From: Candidatus Latescibacterota bacterium
GTDB lineage: Bacteria > Latescibacterota > UBA2968 > UBA8231
Length of the DNA stretch: 64,000 bases
Assembly (NCBI GenBank): GCA_965203175.1
Contig: OZ241867.1
Span: forward strand, 6,176,001 to 6,240,000
Direction of reading: 5' to 3'
Below are positions 55,206 through 63,550 of this stretch, in pieces. Below the pieces are notes generated by a model. That model was not told where the DNA came from, did not search any database, and worked only from the letters and a program-made list of their open reading frames with translations. Position 1 is the first letter of the stretch; each line of letters begins with the position of its first letter. A program made the translations under genes and the position numbers.

Positions 55206-55430
55206 ATGACAGAATCGTTTGTTGATATTGGAAATCTCCGTCTGTGGACAATCGTGTATGGCAGACAGGATATCAGGCCGAGTTGGCCAGTCGAGCAACT
55301 TGCTCAACTGTTGCCGAACGCGCATTTGGAGTTTCTTGAGAATGCCCATCACCAAATTTGGCTTGGGCATGAAGAATTGCTCCAAGGTTTCTTGAGGGAA
55401 TTTGTAAAGAAATTTGCCCACAGCACATAA
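55206..55430 (+). pseudogene. Internally deleted alpha/beta hydrolase (head fused to tail)
   Basis: MTESFVDIGNLRLWTIVYG joined to RQDIRPSWPVEQLAQLLPNA..AHH; no GxSxG. Confidence 0.6.
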
Positions 55431-55507
55431 CACGTCCGTGCCCGGCTTCGGCGCTGGCGCGCCTTTGCCCAACCGCTACGCGGTTCGGCACGGCGGAAAC
55501 GTTGCAC
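55425..55507 (+). repeat. attC-like site 4
   Basis: ACATAAC...CCGTGCC/GGCACGG...GTTGCAC. Confidence 0.8.
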
Positions 55508-55539
55508 GCCATCCGGATGAAGATGGAAAGGACGAGAAC

Positions 55540-56022
55540 GTGGCGAAATCCTGTCCTGAATGCTTAAGTGATGTTCCTGAGAGCGCATTTGTATGTCACG
55601 CTTGCGGCCGAAGGATCGTGGGCAAGGAGTGCCCCGAGTGTTGTGAAGTTTCGAAAGAGACTGCAAAACGGTGCGCCTATTGCGGCCACAACTTTGAGCG
55701 CAAGGAGAAGATTGCCAAAATTGAACCATTTAGTGCAAAGGCCTCATTGCTGGCCACGCTCTTCCTCCGGATGCGTTTGATCCCACAGGAGATTTTGCTA
55801 ACTCCAGAGAAGATCATCATCCAAACGTGGGGATTCTTTTGGCTTAGCAGGTCGGACGAAGACATCCCTTGGGAGAAAATCGCCGGCTATCACTACCACG
55901 CAGGATGGTTCTGGGACAGTCTTGAAATCCAGACACGCGGCCAGACAGCCAATAGAATACGATGCCTTCAGAAACCAGACGGTCTAAGAATCAAGGAAAT
56001 ACTCGAGCAAATGAAAGAGTAA
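55540..56022 (+). CDS. Double zinc-ribbon protein with a PH-like C-terminal domain
   Basis: Four CxxC pairs; GTG start after AAAGGA. Confidence 0.75.
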   Translation: MAKSCPECLSDVPESAFVCHACGRRIVGKECPECCEVSKETAKRCAYCGHNFERKEKIAKIEPFSAKASLLATLFLRMRLIPQEILLTPEKIIIQTWGFFWLSRSDEDIPWEKIAGYHYHAGWFWDSLEIQTRGQTANRIRCLQKPDGLRIKEILEQMKE

Positions 56023-56058
56023 TTAGCGTTATTAATACAGCCAACAGTGGAGGTCTAA

Positions 56059-56544
56059 ATGCCTGAGGAAAAAACCGAAGTCACCGCTACCGCCAACATA
56101 AGCTTACGCGAAGTTAATGCCGACACTGTAGGGGCAGTCTGCCGCCTGAGCAACACCCTCACGGAGCCCAAGAAGAACTTTGTTGCCAACAATGCCTTCT
56201 CCATCGCCCAAGCATACTTCGAGCCCAAGGCCTGGTTTCGCGCCATATACGCTGATGAAGAGCCAGTTGGATTTGTGATGCTCGTCGACGATGCCGAGAA
56301 ATCTGAGTATTTCCTCTGGCGCTTCATGGTCGCCGAGCCTTATCACGGCCTGGGTTTCGGCCGCCGCGCCATCGAGCTGTTGGTGACATACGTCAAAACC
56401 CGTCCCCAGGCCAAGGAACTGCTTGTAAGTTGTGGGCTCGGCGAAGGGACTCCTGTCGGTTTCTACGAAAAATGCGGTTTTGTCCGTAATGGCAAGACCT
56501 ATGGTGAGGAAATCGGCCTGACGATGCGACTAGTCACTAGCTAG
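56059..56544 (+). CDS. GNAT acetyltransferase (spermidine acetyltransferase-like)
   Basis: FVANNAFSIAQA, LWRFMV..GLGFG, FYEKCGF; GGAGG RBS. Confidence 0.9.
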   Translation: MPEEKTEVTATANISLREVNADTVGAVCRLSNTLTEPKKNFVANNAFSIAQAYFEPKAWFRAIYADEEPVGFVMLVDDAEKSEYFLWRFMVAEPYHGLGFGRRAIELLVTYVKTRPQAKELLVSCGLGEGTPVGFYEKCGFVRNGKTYGEEIGLTMRLVTS

Positions 56545-56559
56545 CTTTGGAGGCATATT

Positions 56560-57180
56560 ATAGACTCAGAAGTCACCCTCGTCAGTGTCCACATTCCCAA
56601 AACGGGAGGGATGACGCTGTTGAGTATTTTACAGCAAGTGTATGTTGGTCACCTACAACTCGCCTACGAGGATGAGCGTGATACGATAGTCGAAAAACCA
56701 CTCTGCTATCACGGACATGCTGTGCTGGATAAGTTTGCCAACAATTTGGCCGCATTGCCCAATGCGAAATGGATGACGTTTCTGCGCGACCCCCTTCGAT
56801 CTGCGGTCTCGCTTTACCACTACGGTGTTAAACATGGGACCATTCGCGAAATGGGGCTGGACCAGTGGCTCACAGGAACGGAGATGTTCTGCTGGCCCGA
56901 TCCTCCCGCATACAACCACAACCGCTTCTCGAAATGGATCGGGCGTGCGAGAACCTCATGGGATCAGTTTGACCTCATCGGACTCACAGAGTACTTCGAC
57001 GAATCGATCCAACTCGCTTCGGAAGTGCTTGGATGGCCTGATGTCGAATACACATCGCAGAACGTGGGGACGTACGGCGATCCCAATTTGAATGAATCGA
57101 CTATCAATGTTTTTCGTCGGTTGAATTCAGATGACTACATAGTGTATGATAAAGCGATAAGGCGATTGCAGGGCCAATAA
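56560..57180 (+). CDS. Sulfotransferase family protein with a probable non-ATG (ATA/ATT) start
   Basis: PAPS-binding HIPKTGG lies in frame upstream of the first ATG (56611); also TFLRDP and GLTEYFDES. Confidence 0.8.
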   Translation: MDSEVTLVSVHIPKTGGMTLLSILQQVYVGHLQLAYEDERDTIVEKPLCYHGHAVLDKFANNLAALPNAKWMTFLRDPLRSAVSLYHYGVKHGTIREMGLDQWLTGTEMFCWPDPPAYNHNRFSKWIGRARTSWDQFDLIGLTEYFDESIQLASEVLGWPDVEYTSQNVGTYGDPNLNESTINVFRRLNSDDYIVYDKAIRRLQGQ

Positions 57181-57244
57181 GATGCTGCACTGGACGAGGA
57201 ATCCGCTGCGCTTCTATCCCCGCCGGTGAGTTTGAACGGTAGAT
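57172..57244 (+). repeat. Degenerate attC-like site 5
   Basis: GGCCAAT-aagatgctGCACTGGAC..ccgctgcgct..GCCGGTGAG..GGTAGAT; both core triplets mutated. Confidence 0.7.
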
Positions 57245-57278
57245 CCTACTTCATCAAGAGAGTTGAGTAGCCTTTGCC

Positions 57279-58328
57279 ATGAACGAAGTCCTGAGGGCCC
57301 TGGATCGCGAACAGCTCAAGCGTGCTTTCAGCAATCACTTCGGATGCTCGATCGCAGAGATCAAAGTCCGAGAGTCGAGGCCGTTGCCCCCAAATCCTGG
57401 ATTGTCTGGGGACAAACTGATCTGCGAAGTCTCGATGCGGTCAGGAGGAAGAACCTTGGCTCCAGTGGAGTGCTGTATCAAGCGGATGGTAACGCCCGAC
57501 GACCGCGAAGCCCATCTGTATCGATCGCTGCACGACTTGCAGTTCCCGTTGCCCGAGTTCTATGGGCACTATCTGGATGAGAAGGGCCGGGAGGTGCTGA
57601 TCCTGGAGTACATCCCGCGTGTAGGGTACTCCTTTCGATCAGATGAGGAGACAACGGAGTGGCTTTCGCTCATGGCTCGATTCAACGCCATGCCACTGAG
57701 TGCCTGCGATGTTGATTCACTAAGGCAGCAGGATTGGGGAGTTTGGCTCATCGATGGGAAGGTTGAGACCGAGTTTGAAGAAGTGATATGGTGCGCGGCT
57801 GAATCCTTGATCGGCGACGAGTTGGCCGCGTTCTGCCAAGCTCAGGCGTCCAAGATCCGATCTCTTAGTGGCTTCGCCAGAAGACTTCACGCCGTGGTAA
57901 TGGACATGCCTAAGGCGCTTTGCAACGAGGAGCTTCATCCGGGATGGCGATCAGACGGAACACTTGTGGCATTCGATCTGCACAGTACAAGACCGAGTCC
58001 TCGGTTCATGGACATCTCGAACTACATCGGCGCACCCGAGTCGGGATCATGGCTAGGGGCCCTGTCACCTCGGATGAAGTGGGCCCGCGTCTACGGCGAA
58101 GCGTTGGCAGTTGCGGGCGGCCCATCCGTCGACGCGGCGACCATTCTACACGAGTCACGTCTTGTTTGGATGGCATTCGCATTCCAACTCGCATGGTGCC
58201 TTCAGGTCGCTATCGACGGCAAGATCAACTGGTCGGAGGATCTAGAGAAGAACAAGCTGGGGGCGCGCAGAGGGATCCTGATGCGGCTTGCCTATTTAAC
58301 AGAGGCTCAAGAATGGGCCCTGGTGTGA
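57279..58328 (+). CDS. Divergent APH/kinase-like protein
   Basis: CIKR, REAHLY, PLPEFYG, LILEYI; atypical CNEELH and AFD catalytic-like motifs. Confidence 0.65.
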   Translation: MNEVLRALDREQLKRAFSNHFGCSIAEIKVRESRPLPPNPGLSGDKLICEVSMRSGGRTLAPVECCIKRMVTPDDREAHLYRSLHDLQFPLPEFYGHYLDEKGREVLILEYIPRVGYSFRSDEETTEWLSLMARFNAMPLSACDVDSLRQQDWGVWLIDGKVETEFEEVIWCAAESLIGDELAAFCQAQASKIRSLSGFARRLHAVVMDMPKALCNEELHPGWRSDGTLVAFDLHSTRPSPRFMDISNYIGAPESGSWLGALSPRMKWARVYGEALAVAGGPSVDAATILHESRLVWMAFAFQLAWCLQVAIDGKINWSEDLEKNKLGARRGILMRLAYLTEAQEWALV

Positions 58329-58372
58329 AGAGCCTCAGTGGAACATCTTCTGAGATCCAACGGAGGCGAACT

Positions 58373-58495
58373 GTATAACATGTGTTGGAGCAACGCTAAA
58401 GCTCAGTGGCTCTGAGTCGTTAGCTGTCCACCTTTCCCGTTCGGAGATTCACAGTCGGGTGTGCATCGTGTCAGCGGCTCAACACTACGTTAATG
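58373..58495 (+). repeat. attC-like site 6
   Basis: GTATAAC..GTGTTG(G)AGC/GCTCAACAC..GTTAATG with an extrahelical base. Confidence 0.78.
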
Positions 58496-58505
58496 GATGT
58501 GAATC

Positions 58506-58650
58506 CTCTAACGCCCCATTTACGCTGCGGGGCATTCGCCCCTTGGCCCTAACGGGCACATCCTCTCTCTGTCACGGCGCTTGCCTTCGGCAACCTCCTC
58601 GCCAGCCCTATGCGGGACGAGAGGCGTCATAAATGGTTGAAACGTTAGCC
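58506..58650 (+). repeat. attC-like site 7 (long type)
   Basis: CTCTAAC..CCATTTA/TAAATGG..GTTAGCC. Confidence 0.82.
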
Positions 58651-58669
58651 GACACTCAATGATTTGCTT

Positions 58670-59257
58670 ATGACTCAAGATCTTGTCCAGCGTGATCGAA
58701 TAATTCGCCAAGAAGCGGATGAACTCCTTGGACCAAAGGGATTGAGAAGCCTACTCGAAAAATACGGGACTCCTCACGTTTCAGGCAGTTACGCTCTGCA
58801 CCTCATGACCTGGAGAGATCTAGATATTTATCTGGAACAGCAACATCTATCAGAGGAATCGTTCTTTCGTTTGGGAGGTAGGATCGCCTCCTCCCTGGCT
58901 CCAGTAAGAATGAGCTTCCGAAATGAACGTATTAACCAGACACCGAGTCTACCGTTAGGTCTTTATTGGGGTATCTACCTTGGCGACGAGAGGAAAGGTG
59001 CCTGGAAGATAGATATTTGGGCAATTGATTCCCAAGATTGCGAGAAGCAACTTCAGTTTACCGAACGGATCGCAGCGGATCTGACTCCTTTACTGCGTTG
59101 TAAGATTCTCTCCATCAAAGATGCCTGTTGGCAGGATCCTGGCTATCGAAAGACCTATACAAGTCAGGACATTTACCGTGCTGTGATTGAGGAGGGCATT
59201 GAGAACATTGATAGCTTTAAGCAACACATGAAGGACAAGGGAGTGAGCGTCGGCTAA
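58670..59257 (+). CDS. Nucleotidyltransferase-fold hypothetical protein (cassette gene)
   Basis: GSYALHLMTWRDLDI, WKIDIW; stop codon lies within the next attC R''. Confidence 0.7.
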   Translation: MTQDLVQRDRIIRQEADELLGPKGLRSLLEKYGTPHVSGSYALHLMTWRDLDIYLEQQHLSEESFFRLGGRIASSLAPVRMSFRNERINQTPSLPLGLYWGIYLGDERKGAWKIDIWAIDSQDCEKQLQFTERIAADLTPLLRCKILSIKDACWQDPGYRKTYTSQDIYRAVIEEGIENIDSFKQHMKDKGVSVG

Positions 59258-59342
59258 TACAGCAATTCACGCTGCGCGCCGTGAGGCGCTGGGCCTTCGG
59301 CAAGCTGCATTCGCGGCTTCGTGAATTGTGGGCCCGTTAGGC
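59252..59342 (+). repeat. attC-like site 8
   Basis: GGCTAAT..CAATTCACG/CGTGAATTG..GTTAGGC. Confidence 0.85.
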
Positions 59343-59378
59343 GAAATCCTATCACTCTTTTAAAGAGTGGATTGAACC

Positions 59379-59816
59379 ATGTTCACAATCGGAGTTTTTG
59401 GGATCATTACTGACGAGAACGACCGCGTCCTGCTTTGCCACCGGCGTGACTTCGATCTGTGGAATCTGCCCGGTGGCCGAGTTGAAGCGGGCGAGAGCCC
59501 GTGGTCTGCACTGGTGCGAGAAATAGAGGAAGAAACGTGTTTGAGAGTAGTACCCGCCCACCTCAGCGGAGTATACAGCAAGCCAGATAAGAATGAAATC
59601 GTACTCTCTTTCTCCTGCCTGGTTACCGGTGGCAGTATCCACCTCACCGATGAGGCCGACCAGATCGAGTACTTTGAGTTAGAGCGTATCCCGAGCAACA
59701 CCTCCCCAAAACAGATCGAACGCATCAAGGACTATTTCGCAGACAGGGGAAAGACATATTACAGAGTGCAAACCGGTCCTTCTTCAGTCGATTTTATCAA
59801 CGAAGGACAGATGTGA
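59379..59816 (+). CDS. NUDIX hydrolase
   Basis: LPGGRVEAGESPWSALVREIEEET. Confidence 0.93.
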   Translation: MFTIGVFGIITDENDRVLLCHRRDFDLWNLPGGRVEAGESPWSALVREIEEETCLRVVPAHLSGVYSKPDKNEIVLSFSCLVTGGSIHLTDEADQIEYFELERIPSNTSPKQIERIKDYFADRGKTYYRVQTGPSSVDFINEGQM

Positions 59817-59830
59817 GAGATAGGTACATC

Positions 59831-59905
59831 GCCTAATAGCACGGTATTGCGCTGCGGCACCTTTGGCAACCGCTTCGCGATTCGCAAACCGGCAAAACGT
59901 CATGC
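59831..59905 (+). repeat. attC-like site 9 (degenerate cores)
   Basis: GCCTAAT..CGGT(A)TTGCG/CGCAAACCG..GTCATGC. Confidence 0.78.
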
Positions 59906-59909
59906 GAAA

Positions 59910-60965
59910 GTGAGTTCGATTTTGTTTAGAACGGATCTCTTCCAAGCGCACTTGGAAAACTGGGAACTCATTCTACAGGAGCGAACCGTTGAAGCCATCG
60001 AACGGATCGCATCTGTTCCTGGCGTTGCGGGTGTGATTCTAGGGGGTAGCGTTGGGCGAGGAATGGCGTGGCCTATATCAGATATAGACCTCATCTACAC
60101 TACTACCAAGGGGGCGGACAACAGTCTTGCAAAAAGAGTGGACGAGCTTGCGTTGTCCATCACAAGGGAGTGGGCGCGAGACACGTGGCCGACGTCTGTT
60201 GACGCAGGGCGACTCCATTTTACCGCTGACGAGGCAGACGACTTGCTCAAAGGCAAGCGTCACTTAGATGAGCTGATGGCCAATGAGAGGACTTTCCATG
60301 CGACCGACAAGAGCCACCTCGGTCGATCAGTTCACGCGTCTGAGGATTGCGATACTCCTGCATTTGTCGTGCTACTTTCCGATGGTCGATTTGACCCATC
60401 GGTTGTCCAGGCACGCCAAATCGAGCGAGTCAGACGTGTAACCAGTCTCGCTCAGCGAGTTCAGTCTCATCTGGAGGCCGGTAGTCTGATTGAGGCAGGG
60501 ATCTCTATACAGGAACTCGCGCGTGTGATAATCCCATATCTGATGGAAAGGTGGGGGCATGGAGATCGGTCCTTTGGAAGGGCTTTCACTCGTTTTTGCG
60601 TTCTAGCGCACGAGCACCAGGAAGAAGGCATTGCGAATCGCCTCATTCGACTGTTCTCTCTTACGGCGGATGAGGTAGAAGCAAGATACGCCAAGGCTCC
60701 CGCTAATGTTGTGGAGCGACACATCACATCGTATCCATCCCGCCTGGCCGTGGGCGAAAAGATCACGGAGCTCGATGACAAACGCGATGTCCTGTATGCC
60801 TACACGTGGTATGCAGTTCGCACTGGTGAAACTGGTTCGTGGCTCCTCAATGAGGATCTACACAAGTCTCAACTCAAGTTGTCACTGGATCAAACAGCAT
60901 CTATATGGACCGAGGTGGTCTCGAAGGAGCCGGATTGCATATCTAGCGAACTCACCCTCGCATAA
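59910..60965 (+). CDS. Nucleotidyltransferase domain protein (KNTase-like N-terminus)
   Basis: ILGGSVGRG..SDIDL; GTG start placed after the attC. Confidence 0.75.
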   Translation: MSSILFRTDLFQAHLENWELILQERTVEAIERIASVPGVAGVILGGSVGRGMAWPISDIDLIYTTTKGADNSLAKRVDELALSITREWARDTWPTSVDAGRLHFTADEADDLLKGKRHLDELMANERTFHATDKSHLGRSVHASEDCDTPAFVVLLSDGRFDPSVVQARQIERVRRVTSLAQRVQSHLEAGSLIEAGISIQELARVIIPYLMERWGHGDRSFGRAFTRFCVLAHEHQEEGIANRLIRLFSLTADEVEARYAKAPANVVERHITSYPSRLAVGEKITELDDKRDVLYAYTWYAVRTGETGSWLLNEDLHKSQLKLSLDQTASIWTEVVSKEPDCISSELTLA

Positions 60966-61044
60966 AACAAGCATCTACGGCTCAGGCCATCCGGCCTCCG
61001 CCCAACCTAGCTTCGCCAGGTTCGTGAGTGCCGGACCGTTACAC
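60960..61044 (+). repeat. attC-like site 10
   Basis: GCATAAA..GTTACAC; body resembles site 2 (ggctc.ggcc, cc.aac.t, ca.gttc). Confidence 0.72.
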
Positions 61045-61062
61045 GCAATTTAAGGAGGCATT

Positions 61063-63507
61063 ATGTTCAGGAACTATATCACTGTTGCTGTTCGGAATAT
61101 ATTCAGACATAAAGTCTATTCAGTGATCAACATTCTCGGACTGACAGTCGGTCTCACTGCGGTCGTACTTTTGATCGCCTACGTCGAGAACGAAACAGGC
61201 TACGACCGTTTTCACTCCAATCGGGAACAACTGTATCGCGTCGTGCGCAGGACTGTAGCGAACGAGCAAGAGATTGTCAGCACTAGCGTCTCAGGAGCAG
61301 TTCGAAACGCTGCTCTGGAGACCATCCCTCAAGTCAAGGCTGCTGCACGAGTTTGGGATGGGAGAGGAGCAGGTCCCCGTTGGATGCGTTATGGTGATAC
61401 CTCTCTGTCAGTGGATTTTTGGCTTGTTGAAGATAACTTCCTGGAGGTCTTTGATTTCCCTCTTCAACAGGGAGAAATATCAACACTCTTTGAAAAGCCA
61501 TACTCTGTGGCTATCACCGAAAAAGTAGCGCGAAAATTCTTCAAGGACGAAGACCCCATTGGGAAGATTGTCACCTTGGAGCATGTGTGGTTTGCTGGCA
61601 ATTACACCGTCACAGGCATTCTTGCCGATCCACCAGTACAATCCAGTCTGCAATTTGAAGTCATCTCATCGACTGTCCCAACATCTGGTACTCCACATTA
61701 TGCTTGGGAAAAGTGGAATAGAAGTTTCTCTTGGATTCCAGTCCAAACCTGGCTATTGCTTGAGCCCAACGCGAAGGTCGAATTTGCGGAACAAAACCTC
61801 AATGAACTTATGGTCAAACACCTGGGATCTAACGTTGCTGCCACCGATTCATATCAGTTACAAAAATTAACGCGAATTCATTTGTATCATCGCATCGACT
61901 TTGGATCGCGGATAGAAGATGGTGACGCTTCCGGTGGAACCGACATTCGCAGACTGCAAGTGGCAATAGGCATCGTGTTGCTGTTAATGCTGATCGCTTC
62001 AGTGAACTTCACGAATCTTGCTACTGCCCGTTCTTTGACACGCGCCGGAGAAGCAGGAGTAAGAAAAGTAGTAGGGGCGAGTAAACAAGACCTCATCATA
62101 CAATACCTAACCGAGTCCATCGTACTGGCATTCGCATCTCTTGTTGTTTCGATTGGCGTTGCGCAGTTGGTGTTCCCAATATTTGCCGATATGCTTGAAA
62201 CGAGCCTTCAGTTCACCCCTGGCGTCCTATTCTCTCTTATGCCCTTACTATGCCTCATTGCGCTCTTTTTCGGTGTGCTCGCTGGCCTGTATCCGGCCCT
62301 TTTTTTGTCCTATCTCTCGCCAGTCGAGGCTATTCAACCTGGTTACGTTCCTGGCTCAACCAAAGCATCGCTCCGAATGGGCCTCCTGACTTTCCAGTTT
62401 GCCTCGTCAATCCTGCTCGTTATCGCGGCAAGTGCGATGTCAACACAGATGGATTTCATTCGAAACAAGGAACTCGGTTTTCAGAAAGAACACGTCATTC
62501 TATTGCCCCTATTTGCCGATGGCAGGGGAGCGGATGTAGAAGGGAATGTTCCATTCACGGACCGTTATGAAACAGTAAAGCGAGCCTTCTTAAGAAATCC
62601 CAACATTCTGGCGGCCAGTGCAATACACACGAAAACTGGACTTGGAGGTCCAGCAGAGCTTATCCAACCAGCAGGGTATCCTGATGGCGTGCGAATGCGC
62701 CTTCTGGGAGTAGATGAAGACTTTCTGGGAACTTACGGGATTCATCTCGTAGAGGGCAGAAATTTCGATACGGGCAGAGCATCTGACAGAACTGCGGCCT
62801 TTATTCTCAATGAAACGGCAGTACGCCAATTGGGATGGGATAAGCCTATTGGCATGCAGGTCACATGGGGTTCTCGCAAAGGTCAAGTCATTGGAGTCGT
62901 CCGAGATTTCCACAATCGAAGCCTACATGAAGAGATTGGCCCTGTGGTCTTAGCTATCCGCCAGGATGTTTTCAACACCCTGGCACTTCGACTGGCGAAC
63001 GGAGATTTGATAGCTACAATCAATGACCTTGAGCGGATTTGGCATAAGTTTCTGCCCACCCGGCCTTTTCGCTACTCGTTCCTTGATGAGAGCTTGAGTA
63101 GCATGTACCTCGAAACCCAACGCTTCACAGATATTTGTACGCTGTTTGCTCGTTTGGCCACCCTTGTAGCCTGCTTGGGCATGTTTGGCCTCATCTCGTA
63201 TATCATAGAGAGAAGACGAAAGGAGGTTGCCATTCGCAAAGTCCTTGGAGCCTCGGACAGAAGCGTCGTGCAGATGCTCATAGGTGCTCAGATCCGTCCC
63301 ATTCTGTATGGAAATCTGATTGCGTTGCCTGGTGCTCTGTATTTCATTGATCGATGGATATCTGATTTTGTGTATCGCGTGGACATAGAATGGACGATTT
63401 ATGCAAGTGGGAGCATGGCCATTCTTGTTCTGGCAATTGCAACAGTACTTTTTCAGATCATCCGAGCGACTCGTAAAAATCCTGTTGAAGCCCTCAGGCA
63501 CGAATGA
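61063..63507 (+). CDS. MacB/FtsX-family ABC transporter permease (duplicated form)
   Basis: AAGGAGG RBS; NFTNLATAR..EAGVRKVVGA, RRKEVAIRKVLGA, NPVEALRHE. Confidence 0.93.
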   Translation: MFRNYITVAVRNIFRHKVYSVINILGLTVGLTAVVLLIAYVENETGYDRFHSNREQLYRVVRRTVANEQEIVSTSVSGAVRNAALETIPQVKAAARVWDGRGAGPRWMRYGDTSLSVDFWLVEDNFLEVFDFPLQQGEISTLFEKPYSVAITEKVARKFFKDEDPIGKIVTLEHVWFAGNYTVTGILADPPVQSSLQFEVISSTVPTSGTPHYAWEKWNRSFSWIPVQTWLLLEPNAKVEFAEQNLNELMVKHLGSNVAATDSYQLQKLTRIHLYHRIDFGSRIEDGDASGGTDIRRLQVAIGIVLLLMLIASVNFTNLATARSLTRAGEAGVRKVVGASKQDLIIQYLTESIVLAFASLVVSIGVAQLVFPIFADMLETSLQFTPGVLFSLMPLLCLIALFFGVLAGLYPALFLSYLSPVEAIQPGYVPGSTKASLRMGLLTFQFASSILLVIAASAMSTQMDFIRNKELGFQKEHVILLPLFADGRGADVEGNVPFTDRYETVKRAFLRNPNILAASAIHTKTGLGGPAELIQPAGYPDGVRMRLLGVDEDFLGTYGIHLVEGRNFDTGRASDRTAAFILNETAVRQLGWDKPIGMQVTWGSRKGQVIGVVRDFHNRSLHEEIGPVVLAIRQDVFNTLALRLANGDLIATINDLERIWHKFLPTRPFRYSFLDESLSSMYLETQRFTDICTLFARLATLVACLGMFGLISYIIERRRKEVAIRKVLGASDRSVVQMLIGAQIRPILYGNLIALPGALYFIDRWISDFVYRVDIEWTIYASGSMAILVLAIATVLFQIIRATRKNPVEALRHE

Positions 63508-63550
63508 CAGGTCTCACATCAAGAAAGTTACAGTATATCAGAGTGTAGAT

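Noticed and set aside
59847-59909. ORF-track N-terminal extensions through attC sites (also 55414-55539)
   Set aside because: They translate the palindromic site itself; better starts lie downstream of the crossover point
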